From: Macrostomum hystrix
Taxonomy: Eukaryota > Animalia > Platyhelminthes
Length of the DNA: 64,000 bases
Reading direction: 5' to 3'
Assembly (NCBI GenBank): GCA_950097015.1
Contig: CATNEN010000035.1
Coordinates: forward strand, 1,364,001 to 1,428,000
Positions 1 through 11,945 of this stretch are shown here, piece after piece (position 1 is the first letter of the stretch; each line of letters starts with the position of its first letter). Made by a program: the position numbers and the translations under genes. The notes under the pieces are model-generated. The model was given only the letters and a program-made list of their open reading frames with translations, was not told where the DNA came from and did not search any database.

Positions 1-769
1 CTCTCTGATTGGTCAAGAATATAATCGATTGGCAACGACAAAAACCAAACGCTGCTCTCTGATTGGCCAATAATAGAATATTGACCAATTAAAAGTTTGT
101 TTATATATTTCTTAGAATACAAAGGAAAATTGTATAAATATACTTTTTTAGCTGATAGGAAGCCTTTTGGAAACTTTCCAGATGTCCTACTGTGTCATTG
201 CGCCCTGTTTTTATTGACCAAGTTTTCTGAAATCCTTGAATTTAATTTGAGGATTAAAAGCAGTTTTAAAATTTTCGGAGAGACTTCTTAACAGGGACCC
301 TGCACTCCGTGCTAACTGTACTAAAGGCTTCACTGTCTAATCAAGACTCACAGGCGGTCCACACATGTCTTCTTTTTTCGACATTTTTTTCTTTCGGTTT
401 AATCCGCTTCAGAAATTCATTTTTTTGCTTTAATTACTCGTAGTTGTGTGGGGACTTCGAGATGGATGCGGCTCGCGGAAATCTGATCCATTCTAATCCT
501 CAGATCTGACAAAGAAAATCTCGTGCGACTGCCGGCTGATGTTACTCTGAAAAAAGTTCTGTAGCAGCATGAACGACAAAGCTATTAAAAAAGTAAAAAA
601 CTACCTCATCATAAAGCCATTATTCATTCTTTGTGACAGATTTGCGAGCTAGGTGAAACACAAAGGCGAGTAATATATTGCAAATATATTATTTCAGAGA
701 AAATGCTAATTCCAGCACACTGGAAAATCTTACGATTGTTGAAGACTGGGATTTGGGATTCTCGAAGAG

Positions 770-3700
770 GCCATTGGGATAGAATTGGGATTCTTGAAGA
801 GGCCATAGGGAAAGAATTGGGATTCTTAAAGAGACCATAGGGATAGAATTGGGATTCTCGAAGAGGCCATAGGGATAGAATTGGGATTCTTAAAAAGACC
901 ATAGGGAAAGAATTGGGATTCTTAAAAAGACCATAGGGATAGAATTGGGATTCTTAAAGAGGCCATAGGGATAGAATTGGGATTCTTAAAAAGTCCATAG
1001 GGAAAGAATTGGGATTCTTAAGAAGACCATAGGGATAGAATTGGGATTCTTAAAAAGACCATAGGGAAAGAATTGGGATTCTTAAGAAGACCATAGGGAT
1101 AGAATTGGGATTCTTAAAAAGACCATAGGGATAGAATTGGGATTCTTAAAAAGACCATAGGGAAAGAATTGGGATTCTTAAAGAGGTCATAGGGAAAGAA
1201 TTGGGATTCTTAAAGAGACCATAGGGAAAGAATTGGGATTCTTAAAGAGGCCATAGGGAAAGAATTGGGATTCTTAAAAAGACCATAGGGAAAGAATTGG
1301 GATTCTTAAAGAGGTCATAGGGAAAGAATTGGGATTCTTAAAGAGACCATAGGGATAGAATTGGGATTCTTAAAGAGGCCATAGGGAAAGAATTGGGATT
1401 CTTAAAAAGACCATAGGGAAAGAATTGGGATTCTCGAAGAGGCCATAGGGAAAGAATTGGGATTCTCGAAGAGGCCATAGGGAAAGAATTGGGATTCTCG
1501 AAGAGACCATAGGGAAAGAATTGGGATTCTTAAAGAGGCCAAAGGGATAGAATTGTGATTCTTAAAAAGACCATAAGGAAAGAATTGGGATTCTTAAAAA
1601 GACCATAGGGATAGAATTGGGATTCCTAAAGACGCCATAGGGATAGAATTGGGATTCTTAAAGAGGCCAAAGGGATAGAATTGTGATTCTTAAAAAGACC
1701 ATAAGGAAAGAATTGGGATTCTTAAAAAGACCATAGGGATAGAATTGGGATTCTTAAAAAGACCATAGGGATAGAATTGGGATTCCTAAAGACGCCATAG
1801 GGATAGAATTGGGATTCTTAAAGAGGCCATAGGGAAAGAATTAGGATTCTTAAAAAGACCATAGGGAAAGAATTGGGATTCTTAAAGAGGCCATAGGGAT
1901 AGATTAGGGATTCTTCAAAAGACCATAGGGATAGAATTGGGATTCTTAAAGAGGCCATAGGGAAGGAATTGGGATTCTTAAAAAGACCATAGGGATAGAA
2001 TTGGGATTCTTAAAGAGGCCATAGGGATAGAATTGGGATTCTTAAAAAGACCATAGGGATAGAATTGGAATTCTTGAAGAGGCCATAGGGAAAGAATTGG
2101 GATTCTCGAAGAGGCCATAGGGATAGAATTGGGATTCTTTAAAAGACCATAGGGATAGAATTGGGATTCTTAAAGAGGCCATAGGGATAGAATTGGGATT
2201 CTTAAAGAGGCCATAGGGATAGAATTGGGATTCTTAAAAAGACCATAGGAAAAGAATTGGGATTCTCGAAGAGACCATAGGGAAAGAATTGGGATTCTTA
2301 AGAGGCCAAAGGGATAGAATTGTGATTCTTAAAAAGACCATAAGGAAAGAATTGGGATTCTTAAAAAGACCATCGGGAAAGAATTGGGATTCTTAAAGAG
2401 GCCATAGGGATAGAATTGGGATTCTTAAAAAGACCATAGGGAAAGAATTGGGATTCTCGAAGAGACCATAGGGAAAGAATTGGGATTCTTAAAGAGGCCA
2501 AAGGGATAGAATTGTGATTCTTAAAAAGACCATAAGGAAAGAATTGGGATTCTTAAAAAGACCATCGGGAAAGAATTGGGATTCCTAAAGATGCCATAGG
2601 GATAGAATTGGGATTCTTAAAGAGGCCGTAGGGAAAGAATTGGTATTCTTAAAGAGGCCATAGGGATAGAATTGGGATTCTTGAAGAGGCCATAGGGATA
2701 GAATTGGGATTCTTAAAAAGACCATCGGGAAAGAATTTGGATTCTTAAAAAGACCATAGGGATAGAATTGGAATTCTTGAAGAGGCCATAGGGATAGAAT
2801 TGGGATTCTTGAAGAGGCCATAGGGAAAGAATTGGGATTCTTAAAGAGGCCATAGGGAAGGAATTGGGATTCTTAAAAAGACCATAGGGATAGAATTGGG
2901 ATTCCTAAAGATGCCATAGGGATAGAATTGGGATTCTTAAAGAGGCCGTAGGGAAAGAATTGGGATTCTTAAAGAGGCCGTAGGGAAAGAATTGGTATTC
3001 TTAAAGAGGCCATAGGGATAGATTAGGGATTCTTAAAAAGACCATAGGGATAGAATTGGGATTCTTGAAGAGGCCATAGGGATAGAATTGGGATTCTTAA
3101 AAAGACCATCGGGAAAGAATTTGGATTCTTAAAAAGACCATAGGGATAGAATTGGAATTCTTGAAGAGGCCATAGGGATAGAATTGGGATTCTTGAAGAG
3201 GCCATAGGGAAAGAATTGGGATTCTTAAAGAGGCCATAGGGAAGGAATTGGGATTCTTAAAAAGACCATAGGGATAGAATTGGGATTCTTAAAGAGGCCA
3301 TAGGGATAGAATTGGGATTCTTAAAAAGACCATAGGGATAGAATTGGAATTCTTGAAGAGGCCATAGGGATAGAATTGGGATTCTTAAAAATACCATAGG
3401 GATAGAATTGGAATTCTTAAAGAGGCCATAGGGATAGAATTGGGATTCTTGAAGAGGCCATAGGGAAGGAATTGGGATTCTTAAAAATACCATAGGGATA
3501 GAATTGGGATTCTTAAAGAGGCCATAGGGAAAGAATTGGGATTCTTAAAAAGACCATAGTGATAAAATTGGGATTCTTAAAGAGGCCATAGGGATAGAAT
3601 TGGGATTCTTAAAGAGGCCATAGGGATAGAATTGGGATTCTTAAAGAGGCCATAGGGAAAGAATTGGGATTCTTAAAGAGGCCATAGGGATAGAATTGGG

Positions 3701-4535
3701 ATTCTTAAAGAGGCCATAGTGATAAAATTGGGATTCTTAAAGAGGCCATAGGGATAGAATTGGGATTCTTAAAGAGGCCATAGGGATAGAATTGGGATTC
3801 TTAAAGAGGCCATAGGGAAAGAATTGGGATTCTTAAAGAGGCCATAGGGATAGAATTGGGATTCTTAAAGAGGCCATAGGGAAAGAATTGGGATTCTTAA
3901 AGAGGCCATAGGGATAGAATTGGGATTCTTAAAGAGGCCATAGGGATAGAATTGGGATTCTTAAAGAGGCCATAGGGAAAGAATTGGGATTCTTAAAGAG
4001 GCCATAGGGATAGAATTGGGATTCTTAAAAAGACCATAGGGAAAGAATTGGGATTCTTAAAGAGGCCATAGGGATAGAATTGGGATTCTTAAAGAGGCCA
4101 TAGGGATAGAATTGGGATTCTTTAAAAGACCATAGGGAAAGAATTGGGATTCTTAAAAAGACCATAGGGAAAGAATTGGGATTCTTAAAGAGGCCATAGG
4201 GATAGAATTGGGATTCTTTAAAAGACCATAGGGAAAGAATTGGGATTCTTAAAAGACCATAGGGAAAGAATTGGGATTCTTAAAGAGGCCATAGGGATAG
4301 AATTGGGATTCTTTAAAAGACCATAGGGAAAGAATTGGGATTCTTAAAAAGACCATAGGGAAAGAATTGGGATTCTTAAAGAGGCCATAGGGATAGAATT
4401 GGGATTCTTTAAAAGACCATAGGGAAAGAATTGGGATTCTTAAAAAGACCATAGGGAAAGAATTGGGATTCTTAAAGAGGCCATAGGGATAGAATTGGGA
4501 TTCTTTAAAAGACCATAGGGATAAAATCGGGATTC
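770..4535. repeat. 32-bp minisatellite (GAATTGGGATTCTTAAAGAGGCCATAGGGATA), ~118 copies
   Basis: Directly visible tandem units; overlying ORFs repeat every 32 aa (3 units). Confidence 0.97.
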
Positions 4536-5134
4536 TTGTATACAACAACTCAGAAAATCAGGGGAAATATTTGCAAGGAACTGCGTCACAATCTCAGTTG
4601 TGACTTTGAAAATAAGTGCATCGTGCACTATTACAAGTGATTTTTTAGCCCAAATACAAAGCCACTAATGAATTTGATCCTTTCTGACGTTATCGAGTTA
4701 GAGCTGGGAAAATTATTATTGCCGCAATATGCTAGCAGGGACTACTATTGGTCATAACAAACTTGTTGCTCATTATGCCAGTATGACAGTCCCTTGAGAA
4801 TGTCAATCTAAAGGAGGGACACTGCTTGTCCATCATTCCTCTGGGACTAGATTGATGCGAGTTTTGCCGGATCCGCAAACCAACTTTACTGGCGGCCAAA
4901 GCCCTGAGCCTCAACGGCTACTGGGCGCTGTGATTGACTCGGACTTATCCATCAGCATGCTCTTCTTCTCAGGGAGAATACTCCCATCTACAGTTATGCC
5001 CGACTGCCTGCAGTCTGCAGTCATTCCCACTTCAAAGCAAAATGTCTCATTCTCACAATGCCCCTATGATTTCTGACTCTTCTCAAAGTCTGTTCAATTG
5101 TTCATAGATGGCTCATTCGCATTCCGCAGCTTCT

Positions 5135-6010
5135 CCTCTCCTCTCATCTCCTCTCATATCCTGTCCCCTCCTCTCCTGTCCTTTCCTCTCGTCTCTTCTC
5201 TTCTCCTCTTATCTCATCTCATCTCATCTTATCTCGTCTCATCTCATTTTATATTATCTCATCTCATCTCATCTTATCTCGTCTAATCTCATTTTATATT
5301 ATCTCATCTCATCTCATCTTATCTCGTCTCATCTCATTTTATATTATCTCATCTCATCTCATCTTATCTCGTCTAATCTCATTTTATATTATCTCATCTC
5401 ATCTCATCTTATCTCGTCTAATCTCATTTTATATTATCTCATCTCATCTCATCTTATCTCGTCTCATCTCATTTTATATTATCTCATCTCATCTCATCTT
5501 ATCTCGTCTCATCTCATTTTATATTATCTCATCTCATCTCATCTCATATTATCTCATCTCATCCCATCTCATATTATCTCCTCTCATCCCATCTCATCTT
5601 ATCTCGTCTCATCTCATTTTATATTATCTCCTCTCATCCCATCATATATTATCTCCTCTCATCCCATCTCATCTTATCTCGTCTCATCTCATTTTATATT
5701 ATCTCATCTCATCTCATCTCTTATTATCTCATCTCATCCCATCTCATATTATCTCCTCTCATCCCATCTCATATTATCTCCTCTCATCTCATTTTATATT
5801 ATCTCCTCTCATCTCATCTCTTATTATCTCATCTCATCCCATCTCATATTATCTCCTCTCATCCCATCTCGTCTTATCTCATTTCCTGTTATCTCATCTC
5901 CTCTCATCTCATCTCATCTCGTTTCATGTTATCTCATCTCATCTCCTCTCATCTCATCTCATCTTATCTCCTCTCATCTGATCTCATCTTATCTCATCTC
6001 CTCTACTCTC
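5135..6010. repeat. Degenerate (ATCTC)n pentamer array with a 45-bp (9x5) higher-order repeat
   Basis: The ATCTT marker recurs at 5226, 5271 and 5316. Confidence 0.93.
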
Positions 6011-6750
6011 TCTCATAATCTCTTTTGCAGCCTCCTATTTGACTCAGTTTGGTCTAACCGTCTAATCTCAATAATTTATTCACGCTCAGCGCCTTCACGC
6101 TGTCACTCAATTTAGGCACAGCTACTACTAGAGGCAAAGCTAACAGTTGGTTGCTAAGTTGGCCAGCGCCTCAGGATTTGGTGAATTTCAGTCAAGCGGT
6201 TCTACCCTCTATCCTCACTATGCTCTCCATTTCCCTCGCAAGTGCCTTGGCTTAAAAGTCTTTACTAAAATAATTCTTACTTATTCTCGTAACCCATTTT
6301 ATCTAACTCCACCAGTTCGTCGCAACCTCCGCACAATAAGTGGCCAAGCATCGCTTAGATCACTTCCATTTAGTGAGCACAAAAGAGGACACAAGATGGC
6401 TCTCCTGTCCGGTATGCTATAAGTGCCCGTGCACTTGAGCTTGCCAACCTAATTGAGCGCCAAGAAGGCCGAATGCCACAAAACTCTGCGCAATTTCAAA
6501 AGTCAGCAACCGCTGGTTGACCTTCAAAAGTACACGGGGCGCACAATGCAGCCGAGGCAGTGCTCAGCTGATGAAGTTTAATTAATGAGGGGCTTGATAG
6601 CTTTGAGTTAGGAAATGAGAAACTGACTTCCACTTTGTGGAAAGCCTTTGAACATTTTGCTAAACGTTTCTCTCTAACTCAGGCTTAAACTAACAGGAAT
6701 CCAGAGAGAGGGAGATAGGGAGAGAGAGAGAGGGGGGAGAGAGGAGAGAG

Positions 6751-6939
6751 GACACTGCCCATTGAATTTCAAAAATCTAATGTTGGAATCGATTCCGATT
6801 TGTATCGAAAAAAATGAAATCAGGATTCGAACCAAGGCAACTCCAGACGCGTTTCGCTCTTATTGGAGCTCATCAGTAGAGTCTAGCCTAGCGCTCTAGC
6901 CATTAGGCTATAGGCGCTTGTTCAAATCCAGCTTTCAAT
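6751..6939 (-). mobile_element. Hammerhead-containing tRNA-promoter element (retrozyme/SINE-like), copy 1
   Basis: Minus strand: A-box TAGCCTAATGG (6910-6900), hammerhead (6883-6839), B-box GGTTCGAATCC (6833-6823), T7 run (6814-6808), then a CT-rich tail. A near-identical copy lies at 35863-36051. Confidence 0.85.
6839..6883 (-). ncRNA. Type I hammerhead ribozyme, copy 1
   Basis: Minus strand reads GACTCTA-CTGATGA-GCTC-CAATAA-GAGC-GAAAC-GC-GTC-TGGAGTT. It has the full core, a 4-bp helix II and a 7-bp helix I; predicted GUC cleavage is between 6846 and 6845. Confidence 0.92.
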
Positions 6940-7078
6940 CTCAACATATCGTAATCGATTCGGCAGCGCCCCGCAACTCAATCCATACTCACTCAACTCC
7001 GTGGCACTGACTCGGTCGTAGGAGACGCCGGTGCTGGCCTGAGAGAGAGGGAGAGAGAGAGCGGGAGAGAGGAGAGAG

Positions 7079-7125
7079 GACATTGCCCATCGAATTTCAA
7101 AAATCGAATGTTGGAATCGATTCCC
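7079..7125 (-). mobile_element. Truncated 3' fragment of the hammerhead element (adjacent monomer, 328-bp period)
   Basis: GACATTGCCCATCGAATTTCAAAAATCGAATGTTGGAATCGATTCC matches 6751-6796 with 3 substitutions. Confidence 0.85.
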
Positions 7126-7284
7126 AGAGGGGAGAGGGATGGAGAGGGAGAGGGAGGGAGAGGGAGAGGGAGGGAGAGGGAGAGGGAGGGAGAGGGAGAG
7201 GGAGGGAGAGGGAGAGGGAGGGAGAGGGAGGGAGAGAGAGAGGGGAGAGAGGGAGAGAGAGGGGAAAGAGGGAGAGAGAGGGGT

Positions 7285-7610
7285 AGTTCGCAGGAGGGCT
7301 GCGGTCAATGGCACATCTTTTGGTGACACTAGACCCGCAGCCAGCGAGGAGGCAATTCTGCCCATTTCGCTGACTCCTGAGCACACGCGCACACAGATAC
7401 CGTGCGCAGACACACGCTCACTAATCGTCAGGCAGTGTACACTCTCACTGTGCCTTGGAGGTTGGCCCTCAAGGCCGTAAATTGCACGACAAGCCCACAC
7501 CAAGCCTTCTCTCCGCTGCTGCGCCCCAAATAAATGGGGCCTCGCCGCGGAATCGAGCTTTAGGGACCTTTGTACGAGAGGCAAACGAGTTAACCGCTCG
7601 GCCGCTCACC
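7285..7610 (-). mobile_element. tRNA-derived SINE family B, copy A (full head)
   Basis: A-box-like CGGCCGAGCGG (7604-7594) and B-box-like GCTCGATTCC (7558-7549); the body matches 29933-30230, 34987-35175 and 48728-49005. Flanked by GA/CT tracts. Confidence 0.82.
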
Positions 7611-8159
7611 CAGAGAGAGGGCTAGAGAGAGGAGAAAGGGGAGAGGGGGGTAAAGAGAGGGCTTGAGAGTGGAGAAAGGGGAGAAAGGGGTAGAGAGTGG
7701 CGGGAGGGAGGGGAGAGAAATAAAAAGGAAGTAGTGAGATAGGATAAATATTCGAAGGGAGATAAATATGGAAGGTGTCTTCCCTAAAGCCACAATGTCA
7801 GGGCTAAGCATTGAGCACACGCGCGGTGGCAATGATGCAACCAAGGCACCCACCCCAGTCCAGCCAGTTTCCTGACCATCTGATTTTGGGGTCCCGTGTG
7901 AAAATCATAAAATCTAAGAATATTCTGCAGCGGTCCAGATTTAAAATCTAAATTTTGGCAGTTTTTTACACCCAAATTTGGCAAACGAAACATGCCTATG
8001 GACTTCTCAGGGCAGGAATCTCGGGCTGAGTCACGTGGTTTTCTGCAGTAATAGAGTGAATTTAATTATGCGATCATGAAAACATGCACACACTGAGAGA
8101 GCTTTGCGGGCACAAGTTTATGTACGTGTAGGTTTAGAAATACTTTTCCCAAGGGGATC

Positions 8160-9345
8160 TCCTCCTCTCCTCTCATCTTCTCTCCTCTTCTCTCCTCTTG
8201 TCTCGTCTTCTCTCCTCTCCACTCCATTCCCCTCATCTCCTCTCCTCTTGTCTCGTCTCCTCTCCTTTCATCTCCTCTCATCTCTTCTCCTCTCCTCTCC
8301 TCTCCTCTCCTCTCCTCTCCTCTCCTCTCATCTCATCTCCTCTCCTCTCCTCTCCTCTCCTCTCCTCTCCTCTCCTCTCCTCTCCTCTCCTCTCCTCTCC
8401 TCTCCTCTCCTCTCCTCTCATCTTCTCTCTTCTTCTCTCCTCTTGTCTCGTCTTCTCTCCTCTCCTCTCTATTCCCCTCATCTCCTCTCCTTTTGTCTCG
8501 TCTCCTCTCCTCTCCTCTCCTCTCCTCTCCTCTCCTCTCTTCTCCTCTCTTCTCCTCTCCTCTCCTCTCCTCTCCTCTCCTCTCCTCTCCTCTCCTCTCC
8601 TCTCCTCTCCTCTCCTCTCCTCTCCTCTCCTCTCCTCTCCTCTCCTCTCCTCTCCTCTTCTCTCCTCTCCTCTCCTCTCCTCTCCTCTCCTCTCCTCTCC
8701 TCTCCTCTCCTCTCCTCTCCTCTTCTCTCATCTCCTCTCCTCTCCTCTTCTCTCATCTCCTCTCCTCTCCTCTTCTCTCATCTCCTCTCCTCTCATCTCC
8801 TCTCATCTCATCTCTTCTCTTCTCTCCTCTCCTCTCCTCTTCTCTCCTCTCCTCTCCTCTCATCTCCTCTTCTCTCCTCTCCTATCCTCTTCTTTCCTCT
8901 CCTCTCCTCTTCTCTCCTCTTCTCTCCTCTCCTCTCCTCTCTTCTCCTCTCCTCTCCTCTCCTCTCCTCTCCTCTCCTCTCCTCTCCTCTCCTCCCCTCT
9001 TCTCTCCTCTCCTCTCCTCTCCTCTCCTCTCCTCTCCTCTCCTCTCCTCTTCTCTCCTCTTCTCTCCTCTCCTCTCCTCTCCTCTCCTCTTCTCTCATCT
9101 CCTCTCCTCTCCTCTTCTCTCATCTCCTCTCCTCTCCTCTTCTCTCATCTCCTCTCCTCTCATCTCCTCTCATCTCATCTCTTCTCTTCTCTCCTCTCCT
9201 CTCCTCTTCTCTCCTCTCCTCTCCTCTCCTCTTCTCTCATCTCCTCTCCTCTCATCTCCTCTCATCTCATCTCTTCTCTTCTCTTCTCTCCTCGCCTCTT
9301 CTCTCCTCTCCTCTCCTCTCATCTCCTCTCCTCTCCTCTCCTGTC
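8160..9345. repeat. (CTCCT)n pentamer microsatellite
   Basis: Visible tandem CTCCT/CTCTT/CTCAT units. Confidence 0.97.
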
Positions 9346-10264
9346 GTCCCGTCCCCTTTTCTCTCACTTGCGATATGTGTCGAAAATGTTTTCTCGGTAC
9401 TAAAGACAACGGTTTATTTACGCTTTGCTTTTGAAATAGCGATGTTTTAGGTTCAATTTAGGTAATCATGGAAGATACAAAATATGTTCTGACAATATGT
9501 ACTTTTCACAACTTTACGCTTTGCTCCTGATCTCAGCTATACGCCAGCGATTCTGATGTGCTGGGGTCTGAGCAAGCCCATTCTTGAGACCCTTCCATTT
9601 TCCCATCTTTCCCTGCAGACAATGCCTGAAGCCTCTCCACGCCCTAACGGAAGGAAGAGAGTGGATTTAAAAAAGTTTTTTCATTTAACTACGCAAATCG
9701 CTTCTTCAATAGCAGATCCTCAGCAGAATTTGAGGCCCCATTTGGAACCAACAAAAATGCTGCCTTTTAGGACGCAGTCTGCAATGCGAACAGCGGCGGA
9801 TGCTTTTTTTTCTATTGGCAAACTTGACGAACTAAATAACCTAGTTCACTATTAAGGTGACGACTCATCAGACAACAACAAAAAAATAGATAGTTACTCG
9901 CGCTGTTTACTCGCAGCTTATTATTGCTTTGGTGAAAAAAACACAGTGTATTTATGTCCAGACACGAACTGAACACAAGCCAAGCCCAGGAGATGATAAG
10001 CGAAATCTTACAGTCGGGCGTGCAAATTAGTGAATGAAATTATGGCTGACGACAGCCGCTGTTCTCGTGCGGCACACTGTACTACTGAGTCCACTGCTCA
10101 CTCACAGTAAAGCTGATGAGAACTGAAAATGAGGACAGATAAGCTAAGAGACTGTGATGGCCGCGATGGGCAACCAGCCAAAGCAGAGGCGTCCAAGCTC
10201 AATTCCTCGCCGTCTCGCCGACTAAAAGGTATTTAGAGCCAAGATCGACACATCTCTCTGCTTT

Positions 10265-11945
10265 CATAGAATCTGCAGTAGATAAGACTCCAATCTGCAG
10301 TAGATAAGACTCCACTCTGCAGTAGATAAGACTCCACTCTGCAGTAGATAAGACTCCAATCTGCAGTAGATAAGACTCCAATCTGCAATACATAAGACTC
10401 CACTCTGCAGTAGATAAGACTCCAATCTGCAGTAGATAAGACTCCAATCTGCAGTAGATAAGACTCCAATCTGCAGTAGATAAGACTCCAATCTGCAGTA
10501 GATAAGACTCCAATCTGCAGTAGATAAGACTCCAATCTGCAGTAGATAAGACTCCAATCTGCTGTAGATAAGACTCCACTCTGCAGTAGATAAGACTCCA
10601 ATCTGCAGTAGATAAGACTCCAATCTGCAGTAGATAAGACTCCACTCTGCAGTAGATAAGACTCCAATCTGCAGTAGATAAGACTCCACTCTGCTGTAGA
10701 TAAGACTCCAATCTGCAGTAGATAAGACTCCACTCTGCAGTAGATAAGACTCCAATCTGCAGTAGATAAGACTCCACTCTGCTGTAGATAAGACTCCACT
10801 CTGCAGTAGATAAGACTCCAATCTGCAGTAGATAAGACTCCACTCTGCAGTAGATAAGACTCCACTCTGCAGTAGATAAGACTCCAATCTGCAGTAGATA
10901 AGACTCCAATCTGCAGTAGATAAGACTCCAATCTGCAGTAGATAAGACTCCAATCTGCTGTAGATAAGACTCCAATCTGCAGTAGATAAGACTCCACTCT
11001 GCAGTAGATAAGACTCCACTCTGCAGTAGATAAGACTCCAATCTGCAGTAGATAAGACTCCACTCTGCAGTAGATAAGACTCCACTCTGCAGTAGATAAG
11101 ACTCCAATCTGCAGTAGATAAGACTCCAATCTGCAATACATAAGACTCCACTCTGCAGTAGATAAGACTCCAATCTGCAGTAGATAAGACTCCAATCTGC
11201 AGTAGATAAGACTCCAATCTGCAGTAGATAAGACTCCAATCTGCAGTAGATAAGACTCCAATCTGCAGTAGATAAGACTCCAATCTGCAGTAGATAAGAC
11301 TCCAATCTGCTGTAGATAAGACTCCACTCTGCAGTAGATAAGACTCCAATCTGCAGTAGATAAGACTCCAATCTGCAGTAGATAAGACTCCACTCTGCAG
11401 TAGATAAGACTCCAATCTGCAGTAGATAAGACTCCACTCTGCTGTAGATAAGACTCCAATCTGCAGTAGATAAGACTCCACTCTGCAGTAGATAAGACTC
11501 CAATCTGCAGTAGATAAGACTCCACTCTGCTGTAGATAAGACTCCACTCTGCAGTAGATAAGACTCCAATCTGCAGTAGATAAGACTCCACTCTGCAGTA
11601 GATAAGACTCCACTCTGCAGTAGATAAGACTCCAATCTGCAGTAGATAAGACTCCAATCTGCAGTAGATAAGACTCCAATCTGCAGTAGATAAGACTCCA
11701 ATCTGCTGTAGATAAGACTCCACTCTGCAGTAGATAAGACTCCAATCTGCAGTAGATAAGACTCCAATCTGCAGTAGATAAGACTCCAATCTGCAGTAGA
11801 TAAGACTTCAATCTGCAGTAGATAAGACTCCAATCTGCAGTAGATAAGACTCCAATCTGCTGTAGATAAGACTCCAATCTGCAGTAGATAAGACTCTACT
11901 CTGCAGTAGATAAGACTCCAATCTGCAGTAGATAAGACTCCAATC
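10265..11945. repeat. 22-bp minisatellite (TCCAATCTGCAGTAGATAAGAC), ~76 copies
   Basis: Visible tandem units with CCAATC/CCACTC variants. Confidence 0.97.

Noticed and set aside
4852-5076. RT-like motif LLGAVIDSDLS
   Set aside because: It is a single short resemblance with no YxDD motif or other RT context.
6815-6917. Functional tRNA gene (a CT-AGA anticodon-like loop is visible)
   Set aside because: There is no acceptor stem (GCGCCTA vs TTTCATT) and the D- and T-stems are degenerate; it is only a tRNA-derived promoter.
6884-6929. Opposite-strand Pol III promoter (TAGCCTAGCGC ... GTTCAAATCC)
   Set aside because: The A-box match is imperfect, the spacing is short, and it is partly explained by the palindromic cassette; too weak to call.
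10113-10135. CTGATGAG hammerhead-like seed (also minus strand at ~9864-9872)
   Set aside because: There is no helix II followed by GAAA, and no helix I or cleavage triplet.
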